Below are positions 22,019 through 30,726 of a stretch of DNA of 64,000 bases, one piece after another (position 1 is the first letter of the stretch; each line of letters opens with the position of its first letter). This stretch comes from Candidatus Dojkabacteria bacterium (GTDB taxonomy: Bacteria > Patescibacteriota > Dojkabacteria > B142 > JAFGFJ01): assembly GCA_016931155.1 (NCBI GenBank), contig JAFGFJ010000010.1, positions 564 to 64,563 of the forward strand, read 5' to 3'. Under the pieces are notes generated by a model. It made no database searches. It saw only the letters and a list, made by a program, of their open reading frames with translations, and was not told where the DNA came from. The position numbers and the translations under genes are program-made.

Positions 22019-23206
22019 ATGGCTAATGTTGTTCCTGAGACAAAAATAGTAAACGCTCAAGAAGAAACCCTGGGAGACAAACCAAAAGTTGGAATAAGTG
22101 ACCAAGCAGTAATGCTTTATATTCTTACTGCCCCAGCCAATCCAGTGCTCATAAGGAATAATGTTCCTCCAGGACTTAGTGAAAGGGAAAAAAAACTTAA
22201 TTCAATGGAAGAACAAGAAAGAAAGAAATTCATCAGAGACATACGAGATGATACTTTTCCCGAGACACGAAGAGTTTCTAACAATGAAGCAGTATTTACG
22301 ATCGGTGAATATATAGAAACATTAGAACAGTTGTTAGAGGACATCCAATTATCAAATAGCGAGAATTTAGCAAACAGGATTGAAAAACTTAAGAATTCCT
22401 CAATCTATGAGCTTGATTGGCGAAATTATACGGGACTTTCTCAAAATGATTTTAATCGTCTAGTTTCCCCATTAAACCTTTTGATACATGAGCATTTTAA
22501 CCTACTTGCCCTAACAAGTGGTTATGCCCAACTTGTTGAAGATGTTGAAGATGAACAATCTCAGCAGCAAATTTTGGATCAAATTACCGTCTCTTCAACC
22601 AATTCCATCAATCTTCTAAGATTAGTAGAACGCTTTACAAAACACAAAGACTCAAATAGCTATAAAATAACTGAACTCATGGGAACACTGGTTGGAGCTA
22701 ACCCCGATGGACTATCAGGCAATTCCTTCTCCATCGGAGGAAAAAAAAGAGATATTAAACTAAATTTCGATTTTGGAAATAAAGAAGTATTTGACTCATT
22801 TGAAGAGTTCGTTTCAGTTCGAACTCTTATTCATAATGCAGCCATACAGACACATGTTAAAAGCATAACTGTTCGAAGATTTGATATTGATGATGCTGGA
22901 AAGAATAAGGTTTATCAGGTACAAGACGATGGAGAAATAGGAAATTTCAGACCGTTTGTACGTGATTTGGAAAGAGGTAAAAGACTTGGGAAAGAATACA
23001 AGAATGAACCCATTCTAATAAGCCAAAGAGGAGGAAAAATAGTTGCACTCATGGCAGGAACAAGAGGAGATGAGATTGTCGGAAAAATAGACTCTAAAAC
23101 AGGTGTAAAATCGGTTTTTGTAACATTTTCAGATGAACAAACAGGAGGGAAAAAAGTTTTCGAGACCTTCAAAAAAGGATATCTCGATGATAAAGTAACT
23201 TCATGA
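22019..23206 (+). CDS. Hypothetical protein with a possible GHKL/histidine-kinase-like ATPase region
   Basis: The 395-aa ORF has an H-box-like IHEHFNLLAL, an N-box-like LIHNAAIQTHV and a D-box-like VQDDGEIGN. There are no TM segments. The assignment is tentative. Confidence 0.4.
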   Translation: MANVVPETKIVNAQEETLGDKPKVGISDQAVMLYILTAPANPVLIRNNVPPGLSEREKKLNSMEEQERKKFIRDIRDDTFPETRRVSNNEAVFTIGEYIETLEQLLEDIQLSNSENLANRIEKLKNSSIYELDWRNYTGLSQNDFNRLVSPLNLLIHEHFNLLALTSGYAQLVEDVEDEQSQQQILDQITVSSTNSINLLRLVERFTKHKDSNSYKITELMGTLVGANPDGLSGNSFSIGGKKRDIKLNFDFGNKEVFDSFEEFVSVRTLIHNAAIQTHVKSITVRRFDIDDAGKNKVYQVQDDGEIGNFRPFVRDLERGKRLGKEYKNEPILISQRGGKIVALMAGTRGDEIVGKIDSKTGVKSVFVTFSDEQTGGKKVFETFKKGYLDDKVTS

Positions 23207-23224
23207 TCGAGCCTTTTAAGAACA

Positions 23225-23665
23225 TTAGCTTTTTAAAAACAGTATCATCCACCATTCCTTATAATTATCCAGTACAATCGGATCCAGATTTTTCTCCAGA
23301 TACTCATACTGGACAGGTGGCTCACGCTTCACATAGTAAAGCTCCTGATTTCCCCTTACATAGTTCAGGTTATTTCGTGCGAAGTTTTCCTTAAATTCAT
23401 CAGATTGCAAATAGGCTACCTCATCTAAAAGTTCCCGCCCTTCCCTCTCGAGCTCATTCAATTTCTCTCTTTCTTTTGCAATTAGTCCATAATTCTCTTT
23501 GCCCCTTTTTATTACTCCATAAATACTTGTCGAAAGATAAATCACAAGAAGAAGCGAAACAATAATAAGGGAAATGTACTGCCAGCTGATACCAATATCA
23601 CGGAGAGTAGAAGAAATTCTTCTTCCAATGAGTGAAATATAATAACTTATTTTCCTGGCAGTCAT
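23225..23665 (-). CDS. FtsB/DivIC-like septum-formation initiator family protein
   Basis: The 146-aa ORF has a single N-terminal TM ISLIIVSLLLVIYLSTSIYGV followed by a coiled coil EREKLNELEREGRELLDEVAYLQ. Confidence 0.5.
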   Translation of the reverse strand: MTARKISYYISLIGRRISSTLRDIGISWQYISLIIVSLLLVIYLSTSIYGVIKRGKENYGLIAKEREKLNELEREGRELLDEVAYLQSDEFKENFARNNLNYVRGNQELYYVKREPPVQYEYLEKNLDPIVLDNYKEWWMILFLKS

Positions 23666-23795
23666 AGCAAAAGTACAAGTATAAAAATGACCGATAGTTA
23701 TTGACTCACAAATACCTCTCTGTTAAAATCAGTGCACTACATTATAGTAGATTATTCACACTTGCCTCAAGTACCGAGCTTTTATTGGGAACACA

Positions 23796-24674
23796 ATGAC
23801 TTTCGATCAATCACTAAACCGCTTTGTTGATTTTCTTAAAGAGAAAGGACGCTCTCCTTCTACGGTTGTAGCCTATAAAAAGGATTTAAAACAGCTTTTT
23901 GACTACATTTATAAAAATCCCGCAATAGATAATCCTGCAAAAATCACAACTGAGATACTAAAAAGCTATGTTGAAAAACTGAAAAAAGAGAATAATTACA
24001 CACTAAAAACCGTTTCAAGAAAAATAAACAGTATCAAGACATTCTCAAAATTTCTCCTTGGAGAAGGAGTTCTCAGCAGAAACATTGCCAAGGAAATTAC
24101 TCATCCAACCTACGAAAACAAACCTTCACGAATTCTAACTGAAATGGAATACAAGGCTCTCCGGGACACAGCAAGAAAACACATACGGCTCTATACGATG
24201 GTCGAACTACTGCTCCAAACAGGAATCAGGATCGGAGAATTATCAAGATTGACTGTAGCAGATGTAGCAATAAATTCAGCCCCTAAACACATCACAATCA
24301 AGGCTTTTGAAAGCAATCCCGAAAGAGAAATAGAACTAAACCCACTCGCATCAGAGGCTCTGGGAAATTTCCTTCTTGTAAGAAACAGCAGACCTACAGA
24401 AAGTGAATTCTTGTTTCATACAAAGAACGGACGACCCGTTTTGGTAAGAAATATCAGAGCAACAATAAACAAAGCCTTTAAAAAAGCCGGAGTCGAAAAT
24501 GCAACAGTAAACGATATCCGAAATACATTCATCGTTTTTCAGCTTGAGGCAGGAATGAAAACCCATAAGCTTGCGCAAATTGTTGGTCACCAGAGAATAT
24601 CAAGTACAGAAAAATATCTTTGTCTTTTAAGAAAGAAAAAAGACCGTGTGATAAACAAGATTCAGCCCCTATAG
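23796..24674 (+). CDS. Tyrosine site-specific recombinase (XerC/XerD or phage-integrase family)
   Basis: The 292-aa ORF has an N-terminal SAM-like domain and a catalytic domain with LLLQTGIRIGELSRLTVADV, HxxR-like residues and a C-terminal Tyr region (EKYLCLL). Confidence 0.75.
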   Translation: MTFDQSLNRFVDFLKEKGRSPSTVVAYKKDLKQLFDYIYKNPAIDNPAKITTEILKSYVEKLKKENNYTLKTVSRKINSIKTFSKFLLGEGVLSRNIAKEITHPTYENKPSRILTEMEYKALRDTARKHIRLYTMVELLLQTGIRIGELSRLTVADVAINSAPKHITIKAFESNPEREIELNPLASEALGNFLLVRNSRPTESEFLFHTKNGRPVLVRNIRATINKAFKKAGVENATVNDIRNTFIVFQLEAGMKTHKLAQIVGHQRISSTEKYLCLLRKKKDRVINKIQPL

Positions 24675-24861
24675 ATAACACAGAAATACAATACGCTGTC
24701 TTCGTATTTTGACCCTACTGCTGACAATTTCCTGGCTTTAATGGTAGAATCTAGCTCGTTAGAGTATTGGTGGCCAGCCTACATTCTTCGTGTGAAGGAT
24801 GACGGACGGAGCCCGACATTCTTAAATCTGAGGCATAATCGCTGAAGATAAAAGTATTATC

Positions 24862-24938
24862 GGGCCAGTAGCTCAGGTGGTTAGAGCACCGTTCTTATAA
24901 AGCGGGGGTCGATGGTTCAAGTCCATCCTGGCCCACCA
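24862..24938 (+). tRNA. tRNA-Ile with anticodon UAU, which decodes AUA
   Basis: GGGCCAGTAGCTCAGGTGGTTAGAGCACCGTTCTTATAAAGCGGGGGTCGATGGTTCAAGTCCATCCTGGCCCACCA. The anticodon loop CTTATAA has U33 followed by UAU. The acceptor stem is 7 bp and CCA is encoded. Confidence 0.8.
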
Positions 24939-25067
24939 TTATCTGCCACTTAGACATTTCCATATGGTTCCTGACATGATGATGAACAAAATTGCTTCAT
25001 GTAATTAATTTGACCAAAAACTCTTTCCATCAAAATCTGAACAAAATTTGTGTCATTATTATAAAAT

Positions 25068-25121
25068 ACTACTGAGACTCTACGGATTTCGCCCGTAAAT
25101 TTAAGATCGGTTATACTAAAG
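25068..25121. repeat. Conserved intergenic motif, copy A1, about 52 nt
   Basis: actactgagactctacggatttcgcccgtaaatttaagatcggttatactaaag. It is about 80% identical to copy B at 36174-36225. Confidence 0.7.
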
Positions 25122-25148
25122 TTTTTTGGGATGAGTTTGCTCAGTTGG

Positions 25149-25183
25149 CTTCGCCCGTGTTTTTAAGATCAGTTATACTAAAG
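25149..25183. repeat. Partial tandem copy A2 of the same motif (3' half only)
   Basis: cttcgcccgtgtttttaagatcagttatactaaag matches the 3' half of A1. Confidence 0.6.
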
Positions 25184-25202
25184 ACCAGAACATTAATTGA
25201 AA

Positions 25203-25233
25203 CAAAAAGGAGGCGGCTTACGCCGCCTCCTTT
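25203..25233 (-). terminator. Rho-independent terminator for 25250..26620, potentially bidirectional
   Basis: ggaggcggc-tta-cgccgcctcc is a 9-10-bp GC stem flanked by aaaaa upstream and ttt downstream. Confidence 0.65.
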
Positions 25234-25249
25234 AATCTCAATCATTTTC

Positions 25250-26620
25250 CTAAGCTTTTTTCATACTTCTGGTTTGCACCACTATTGCGAGGAGAGCAAT
25301 TACTCCAAACAAGACCAACAGAATCGAATACTCAGGAATAGTAACTACCAGCGGAAAGAATCCCATAAAAAGTACCAGTGCTGGAAGTCCAACCCCAAGA
25401 GCAAATTTCAGTCTTGTCACTCTCCCAATCAGATATACTATCAAGATCCCAACGATAGCCCACGCCAATCCAAAGGCCAAATACAAAGGCATAGAATAGT
25501 AGCTAACCGTTTTAAAACTGCTGAAAATTTCCATCGTCGGATCAATTGTAAAGCTTGATAGGTAGTGAAAGAAAGGAAAGAATACAATATACAGAACAGA
25601 AACCAGAAACATATCAAACGGCTTGAATCCCGTGTTGAATTTCAGAGCAAGAAATACAAGAACAATCATAAACACCACATAAATAGGTGCCATTGTAAAG
25701 TATACTCTTGATACTTGAGTTGAAGGATTCAGTCTTTCGGCGACACTTACAGAGATATTCGGTTTGGAAAAGAGATTTGTTTTATTCCAGGAAAGTTTTA
25801 CATAATCTTCCCCGAATTCCCTTTCATCAACGGAAAGTCCGCCGATCACGTCATATCCACGTGTTCCAGAAATAGTCATTTCGAAATTAAAATCCTGAGC
25901 ACCTTTGCTGTTTTCAATCCCAGTGTAGTCAAATGTCGAAATCCCGACAGTGTCATAGGTCACCTGCACTGTCTTTGAAGCATTAGCACCAATCTCACCC
26001 TCCCAATGAAGTCCTGGAACTTCAGTTGAATAATAATCGGAAGCGGAAAGCAATGTTTTTGAATTCTCAACCTCTTTTCCATCAACAACCAATTTTGCAT
26101 TACTGATTTCATTTGAATCCGTTCCGGAAGGAAAAGGGAAATCAAAGGCAACAAAACCTGTCTCATCCAAGGAATTTCTCAGGACATATTCGGCACTGAA
26201 CTGCACCTTATATGTCGGCTGATAGGCAAGACCCTTTTTTACAAAATCAGCATTTATCGTTACATTTCCATCGGTTGAGACAAGACTTGTATTGTCCACA
26301 TATTTTTTCACCCTGACAGGCGAGAGTTTATTCATCAAATAGAGATCAGACTTTTCATCGACCATTTCAAGCATCGGAGCTGATTGGTTTATTGGTCCTC
26401 CATAAATATTTGATGTTTCATAATATAGATCTCTTGAGACAAGATTATTCCTTGAAGCAGCTACTAAAGACATTATTAAACTGAAAACAGTAACAAAAAT
26501 TGTCATTACTATTCCGATTGCTATGAAACTACCGTACTTTGTCTTACTCTTGGGGATATCATTCATTTTTAAAAAAATAAAAAATATAATACTGCGACCT
26601 GGGACAAAACAGGTCTTCAC
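25250..26620 (-). CDS. Polytopic membrane protein with a large extracytoplasmic domain (CreD-like architecture)
   Basis: The 456-aa ORF has an N-terminal TM, then a hydrophilic domain of about 270 aa, then five C-terminal TM helices. The true start may be the internal Met (MNDIPKS...). Confidence 0.4.
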   Translation of the reverse strand: MKTCFVPGRSIIFFIFLKMNDIPKSKTKYGSFIAIGIVMTIFVTVFSLIMSLVAASRNNLVSRDLYYETSNIYGGPINQSAPMLEMVDEKSDLYLMNKLSPVRVKKYVDNTSLVSTDGNVTINADFVKKGLAYQPTYKVQFSAEYVLRNSLDETGFVAFDFPFPSGTDSNEISNAKLVVDGKEVENSKTLLSASDYYSTEVPGLHWEGEIGANASKTVQVTYDTVGISTFDYTGIENSKGAQDFNFEMTISGTRGYDVIGGLSVDEREFGEDYVKLSWNKTNLFSKPNISVSVAERLNPSTQVSRVYFTMAPIYVVFMIVLVFLALKFNTGFKPFDMFLVSVLYIVFFPFFHYLSSFTIDPTMEIFSSFKTVSYYSMPLYLAFGLAWAIVGILIVYLIGRVTRLKFALGVGLPALVLFMGFFPLVVTIPEYSILLVLFGVIALLAIVVQTRSMKKA

Positions 26621-26708
26621 TCTATTACCAGTTGAGGGTTATTAACATAGTCAATTAAAGAGTACATATCTGTCTGACCAAAATATTTTACCAGAACAAA
26701 AGATGAAA

Positions 26709-29279
26709 TTAGAACTTTTTACCTGGTCCTGCACCGAAAAGACCCATACCGTCAAAACCTCCTTTTTGTCCCATAGGACTAAACAATTGTGATTCGTCTT
26801 CTGTTTTACCTTCTCCAAGTTGTGCTCTTTTTGAGATCTCAGCCTCAATCAGTCCCCTGTCTCTACCATATCTAAGCCTCGATAATTCTTTTATCATGTC
26901 TGATATTTCGATTTTTCCATTCTTCCAGTCAAAAGGCACTTCAGTTTTTCTAAAATCGGTAAGAATTGAGAACGGAGCCGGATATTCACCTCCAACAAGC
27001 ATTTTAATGTAAAGGTTATAGTTTTCAAGATTTATAAGGTCATCCTGCTCAAAGACAGGAGCAAATTCGTTGGCAAGATAACTTGCATCATTTACGCCTA
27101 CCTTGAAACTTCCCATAGTACCTACATTTCCAAAGACTGCGTCTCTCACCCTGTCATCGATCTGCGCAATATACTGATTTGCTACAATCAGATTCAACTT
27201 GTATTTTCTGGCTTCTGAAAGAATTTGAGCAAAATCATCGGTGGAAAAGTTCTGGAACTCGTCAACATATAGAAAGAAATCTTTTCTTTGAGACTCATGA
27301 ATTTCTGCTCTGCTCATAGCCGCAGAGAGAATTTTGGGGACAAGTAGAAGCCCCAGGAATTCCGAGTTTTCCTGCCCTATTATCCCTTTTGAGAGATTGA
27401 CAAGAAGAATTTTTCCTTCATCCATAACCTTCCTTACATCAAAACTCGAATGGCTCTGTCCTATAATGTTTCTCATAAGTTTATTTGTTACAAATCTGTC
27501 AAACTTTGAAACAATGTATCCCAGAACTTCAGATTTATGGAAATCCTGCGTCTGAGCGATTTGATCTGTCCAGAATCTTCTAACAACATCATCAGTAATT
27601 TTAGGAAGCCAGAATTCATCAACATATTTTTGATCAGTTAAAATTCTCATTACTTCAACAAGAGTGCTTCCCTGCACAGACATCGCAGTCAAAATTGCAT
27701 TCCTTACTGCCTGTTCAAAACGCGGTCCGACTATACCCTGCCTGTTCGGATCAAACATTTTGTACATAAGTCCTATAAAGGCATTTGTGACCATATGCTT
27801 GTCCTGTTCGTTGTAGTAATCGATTATGTTAAATCCTATTGGTCGTTCTTCATCCCCCGGATTGAAATAAATCACATCCTCAGCCCTCTCTGGAGGTATT
27901 CTTTCCAAAATCCACTGAACCGCATCACCATGAGGATCAAGAAAAGCAAGTCCATGACCCTGCCTGATGTCTTGCAAAATCATGCTTTGCAAAAAGTACG
28001 ATTTTCCAGCTCCAGTTTTTCCTACAACATACATGTGTCTTCTTCGATCGTCCAAATTTAGATACACCTGTTTTCTGCTCTCTCTGTATACAGACTCACC
28101 AAGCCATACCGCGCCCTGTGAATACTCGGTAGGTACTTCCTCTCCTGCTGGTGCTCTTTTTGAAAGAAGCCAGTGAATGTGGGGAGTTTTTACGTTCTGA
28201 TTTGGAAGGTGAAAGATGGTCGCAACTTCAGCAGTATTGAGAACCATATCCTTTGTTGGAACTCTATAGATAAAGTCATGAATAAATTCTCTTTTTGCAT
28301 TATCTTTCTTTAACTTCTTCTTCTTGAAAGAGTTCGAGCCTTCTTTGCTAAATTGATCAAAAGAATTGATCACATTATCAAGATTAACTTTTGCAAAATC
28401 ATTAGTTGATGATACGCTTACTATACGTATTGCTACATGAAAACCTCCCTTCTCCGCCTTCTTTTCAATCCCAGACAGAACATCTTCGTCGACATTTATC
28501 TTACTCTTTTCAGGATCAGCATTATTTGATCTGACCCTCGATACAAAAGCCTTTCCGGTCTTCCTCCATTCTCCCCCGGCAGGTGTAAGAACAAGTTGGA
28601 TCGCTAGTGCTTCTCCTTTATTTAGCTTGCTCATAGCTGTAGTGATTGCCGCAACCGTGTCAGTACTGAGATCCTCATAGGTTTTCAATGGCTTATAATC
28701 CTCGTTATCAAGCTTGAGCGAGGCATATGCAACTGAACTTTTAGTAGAGAAAATATTGTATTCATCTGCTTTCGTTACTTCAGCAGAACTATATGCACCA
28801 TTTACCTGTTTTTCTACAAGACCAGCAAGCTTTTTTGGAACAGTAACATAAAACCTGATACTTTCCGGAAACGCCACAATCTCGAGACTAATAGAAATGT
28901 GCGATCCAAACCATTTTTTTATTCCTTCTAATTTTTCTCCTATGCCTAGAAACGCTGAAAACATCTGGTCTGCAGCTTGAGGTTCAACTTCATTACTTCT
29001 AGGTATACGAAGTTCATAAATAGCAGTATCTAAAGAACGTTTCTCCTGCGAAGCCCTTCTCACTTTTTTCGCAAATCTTCTAAATGCAATTATACCCACC
29101 AAAAGCAGAAGTAAAGACAAAGGGATTAAAAATAGAACCAAAGGGAAACCACCTTCTGAAACTGTCGAACCTGTTGGAACAGTTATTGTCGGTTCAATAG
29201 TAGTTGTCCTATTTGTCACGGGTTTGCCGGGATTTGTTGTTTGGGCAATTACAAAGTCTTCCATAGGAAAATTATACAT
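26709..29279 (-). CDS. TraG/TraD/VirD4-like coupling-protein-type ATPase (FtsK/HerA superfamily) with an N-terminal TM and a long middle domain
   Basis: The 856-aa ORF has an N-terminal TM LVLFLIPLSLLLLLVGIIAF. It has Walker A MYVVGKTGAGKSYF followed by LDPHGD, Walker B-like FFLYVDEFQNF, and ARKYKLNLIVANQ. Confidence 0.5.
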   Translation of the reverse strand: MYNFPMEDFVIAQTTNPGKPVTNRTTTIEPTITVPTGSTVSEGGFPLVLFLIPLSLLLLLVGIIAFRRFAKKVRRASQEKRSLDTAIYELRIPRSNEVEPQAADQMFSAFLGIGEKLEGIKKWFGSHISISLEIVAFPESIRFYVTVPKKLAGLVEKQVNGAYSSAEVTKADEYNIFSTKSSVAYASLKLDNEDYKPLKTYEDLSTDTVAAITTAMSKLNKGEALAIQLVLTPAGGEWRKTGKAFVSRVRSNNADPEKSKINVDEDVLSGIEKKAEKGGFHVAIRIVSVSSTNDFAKVNLDNVINSFDQFSKEGSNSFKKKKLKKDNAKREFIHDFIYRVPTKDMVLNTAEVATIFHLPNQNVKTPHIHWLLSKRAPAGEEVPTEYSQGAVWLGESVYRESRKQVYLNLDDRRRHMYVVGKTGAGKSYFLQSMILQDIRQGHGLAFLDPHGDAVQWILERIPPERAEDVIYFNPGDEERPIGFNIIDYYNEQDKHMVTNAFIGLMYKMFDPNRQGIVGPRFEQAVRNAILTAMSVQGSTLVEVMRILTDQKYVDEFWLPKITDDVVRRFWTDQIAQTQDFHKSEVLGYIVSKFDRFVTNKLMRNIIGQSHSSFDVRKVMDEGKILLVNLSKGIIGQENSEFLGLLLVPKILSAAMSRAEIHESQRKDFFLYVDEFQNFSTDDFAQILSEARKYKLNLIVANQYIAQIDDRVRDAVFGNVGTMGSFKVGVNDASYLANEFAPVFEQDDLINLENYNLYIKMLVGGEYPAPFSILTDFRKTEVPFDWKNGKIEISDMIKELSRLRYGRDRGLIEAEISKRAQLGEGKTEDESQLFSPMGQKGGFDGMGLFGAGPGKKF

Positions 29280-29409
29280 TAAAGGATACTATAGTGATTG
29301 GAAATAATCTAGCCAGCCTTGAAAATACTATTTCAGCTATATCAATTTTTTTATACCTACCAGCGTACTAGACCCCTTTCTCAATCCTCCAAAATCCAGC
29401 CATAAATAA

Positions 29410-30072
29410 TCAAGAGGGTTTCTGAGAATGCATCTTGAGAAGCCTGTCCAGAAGGACATATAGCCAGGTTTTTGCAGAATCAGGAGCTCCTTTATCTTTC
29501 AAATTTCTAATTGCTTTAAATTCCTGCATAACTTTCGGGGGAACAACATATCCAAAAAGCGCAGGTGCTTCGTATTCAGTAGAGGGTTCTTTCGATTTCT
29601 GAATAAATACAGGTTTTTCTGGAATCTCAGGTTTATCCTGCTGTTGTTTTTTCTCTTTATTTTCTGCCTTTTTAATTTCTGGAGCCTCCACTGAAGTCTG
29701 TACTTCGGTCCCATATTCAACTGCTATTGGTTGGGCTTCAACTGACACAGCTCCGCTTGAAATCTCAGGTGAAAAGTTACCTCCTCCAATAAACTTGCTC
29801 TTATTCTCCTCCTTATTCCCGCCAGTGCCATTTTCTGAAAGTCCACTCATTTTAGAGAGATCAAAATCTTCCTTCACTCCAGCCTGATCATTCAAAAAAC
29901 TTGGAAACAAATCTGCAGACTCCTGAACACCCACTTGTTCAATTTGGGGATTTATTTGTCCAGCCTGAGAATTCTCCTGACTATCTTGTTGCTGTACCTG
30001 ATCATCTTGAGGTTGCACCTGTCCATTTTGAATCTGTTGTAATTGGTTGTTTTGTTGTGTATCGTCCGCCAT
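29410..30072 (-). CDS. Hypothetical Gln-rich low-complexity protein
   Basis: The 220-aa ORF has a Q/N-rich N-terminus (QQNNQLQQIQNGQVQPQDDQVQQQ) and an ordered C-terminus. Confidence 0.4.
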   Translation of the reverse strand: MADDTQQNNQLQQIQNGQVQPQDDQVQQQDSQENSQAGQINPQIEQVGVQESADLFPSFLNDQAGVKEDFDLSKMSGLSENGTGGNKEENKSKFIGGGNFSPEISSGAVSVEAQPIAVEYGTEVQTSVEAPEIKKAENKEKKQQQDKPEIPEKPVFIQKSKEPSTEYEAPALFGYVVPPKVMQEFKAIRNLKDKGAPDSAKTWLYVLLDRLLKMHSQKPS

Positions 30073-30159
30073 AATCCGGGTATTATATCATAGCTCTTCA
30101 ATAACCCTCCTACCTCACCTGTCCTCTGGCTTTGTCCTGCTTGTTATTTGCTTATAACC

Positions 30160-30612
30160 TCACTTATCTCCACGCAAATCTCTGTCAATCTGCTTTTTCT
30201 GATCCATCTCTTTCAGTTTAGCACGTTTGTCATATTTCTTTTTCCCCTTTCCAAGTCCTATGGATATTTTAATTATTCCCCTTCCATTATCATATACTTT
30301 GGTCGGAACAATAGAATACCCCTCCCTTTTTTCCCCTCCAATAAGCTTATTTATCTCTTTTTTGCTTAAAAGAAGCTTTCTGTCCCTTATTTCATCCATC
30401 TGTACCTCCTTGCCTGTTTGCTTCCACTTTGCAACATGCATACCGACGAGAAAAAGCTCTCCCTTCTGGTACTTTACAAAGCTTTCTTTAATACTTGCCG
30501 AAGCTTTTTTTATTGATTTCACTTCCCACCCTTCAAGCACAATACCTGCTTCCATCTCTTCAGAGATGGAATAATTGAAATAGGCTTTTTTGTTTTGAGC
30601 ATAAGTTTTCAT
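30160..30612 (-). CDS. smpB: SsrA-binding protein SmpB
   Basis: The 150-aa ORF reads KKAYFNYSISEEMEAGIVLEGWEVKSIKKASASIKESFV...GELFLVGMHVAKW and has a basic C-terminal tail, which is typical of SmpB. Confidence 0.8.
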   Translation of the reverse strand: MKTYAQNKKAYFNYSISEEMEAGIVLEGWEVKSIKKASASIKESFVKYQKGELFLVGMHVAKWKQTGKEVQMDEIRDRKLLLSKKEINKLIGGEKREGYSIVPTKVYDNGRGIIKISIGLGKGKKKYDKRAKLKEMDQKKQIDRDLRGDK

Positions 30613-30726
30613 AGAACAGGCATAGATAATGTGATTCTTTAATTCTACAAAAATTACTTCAGTGCCTTTTTAACGAAATGTTTCAACACGATTATTGTTT
30701 ATTCCTAGTATCTACGGGTTATGATC

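Noticed and set aside
24760-24805. tRNA-like fragment (ctagctcgttagagtattggtggccagcc) between the recombinase and tRNA-Ile(UAU)
   Set aside because: It resembles a D-arm and acceptor fragment but cannot be folded into a cloverleaf. It is mentioned only as a possible att or duplication remnant.
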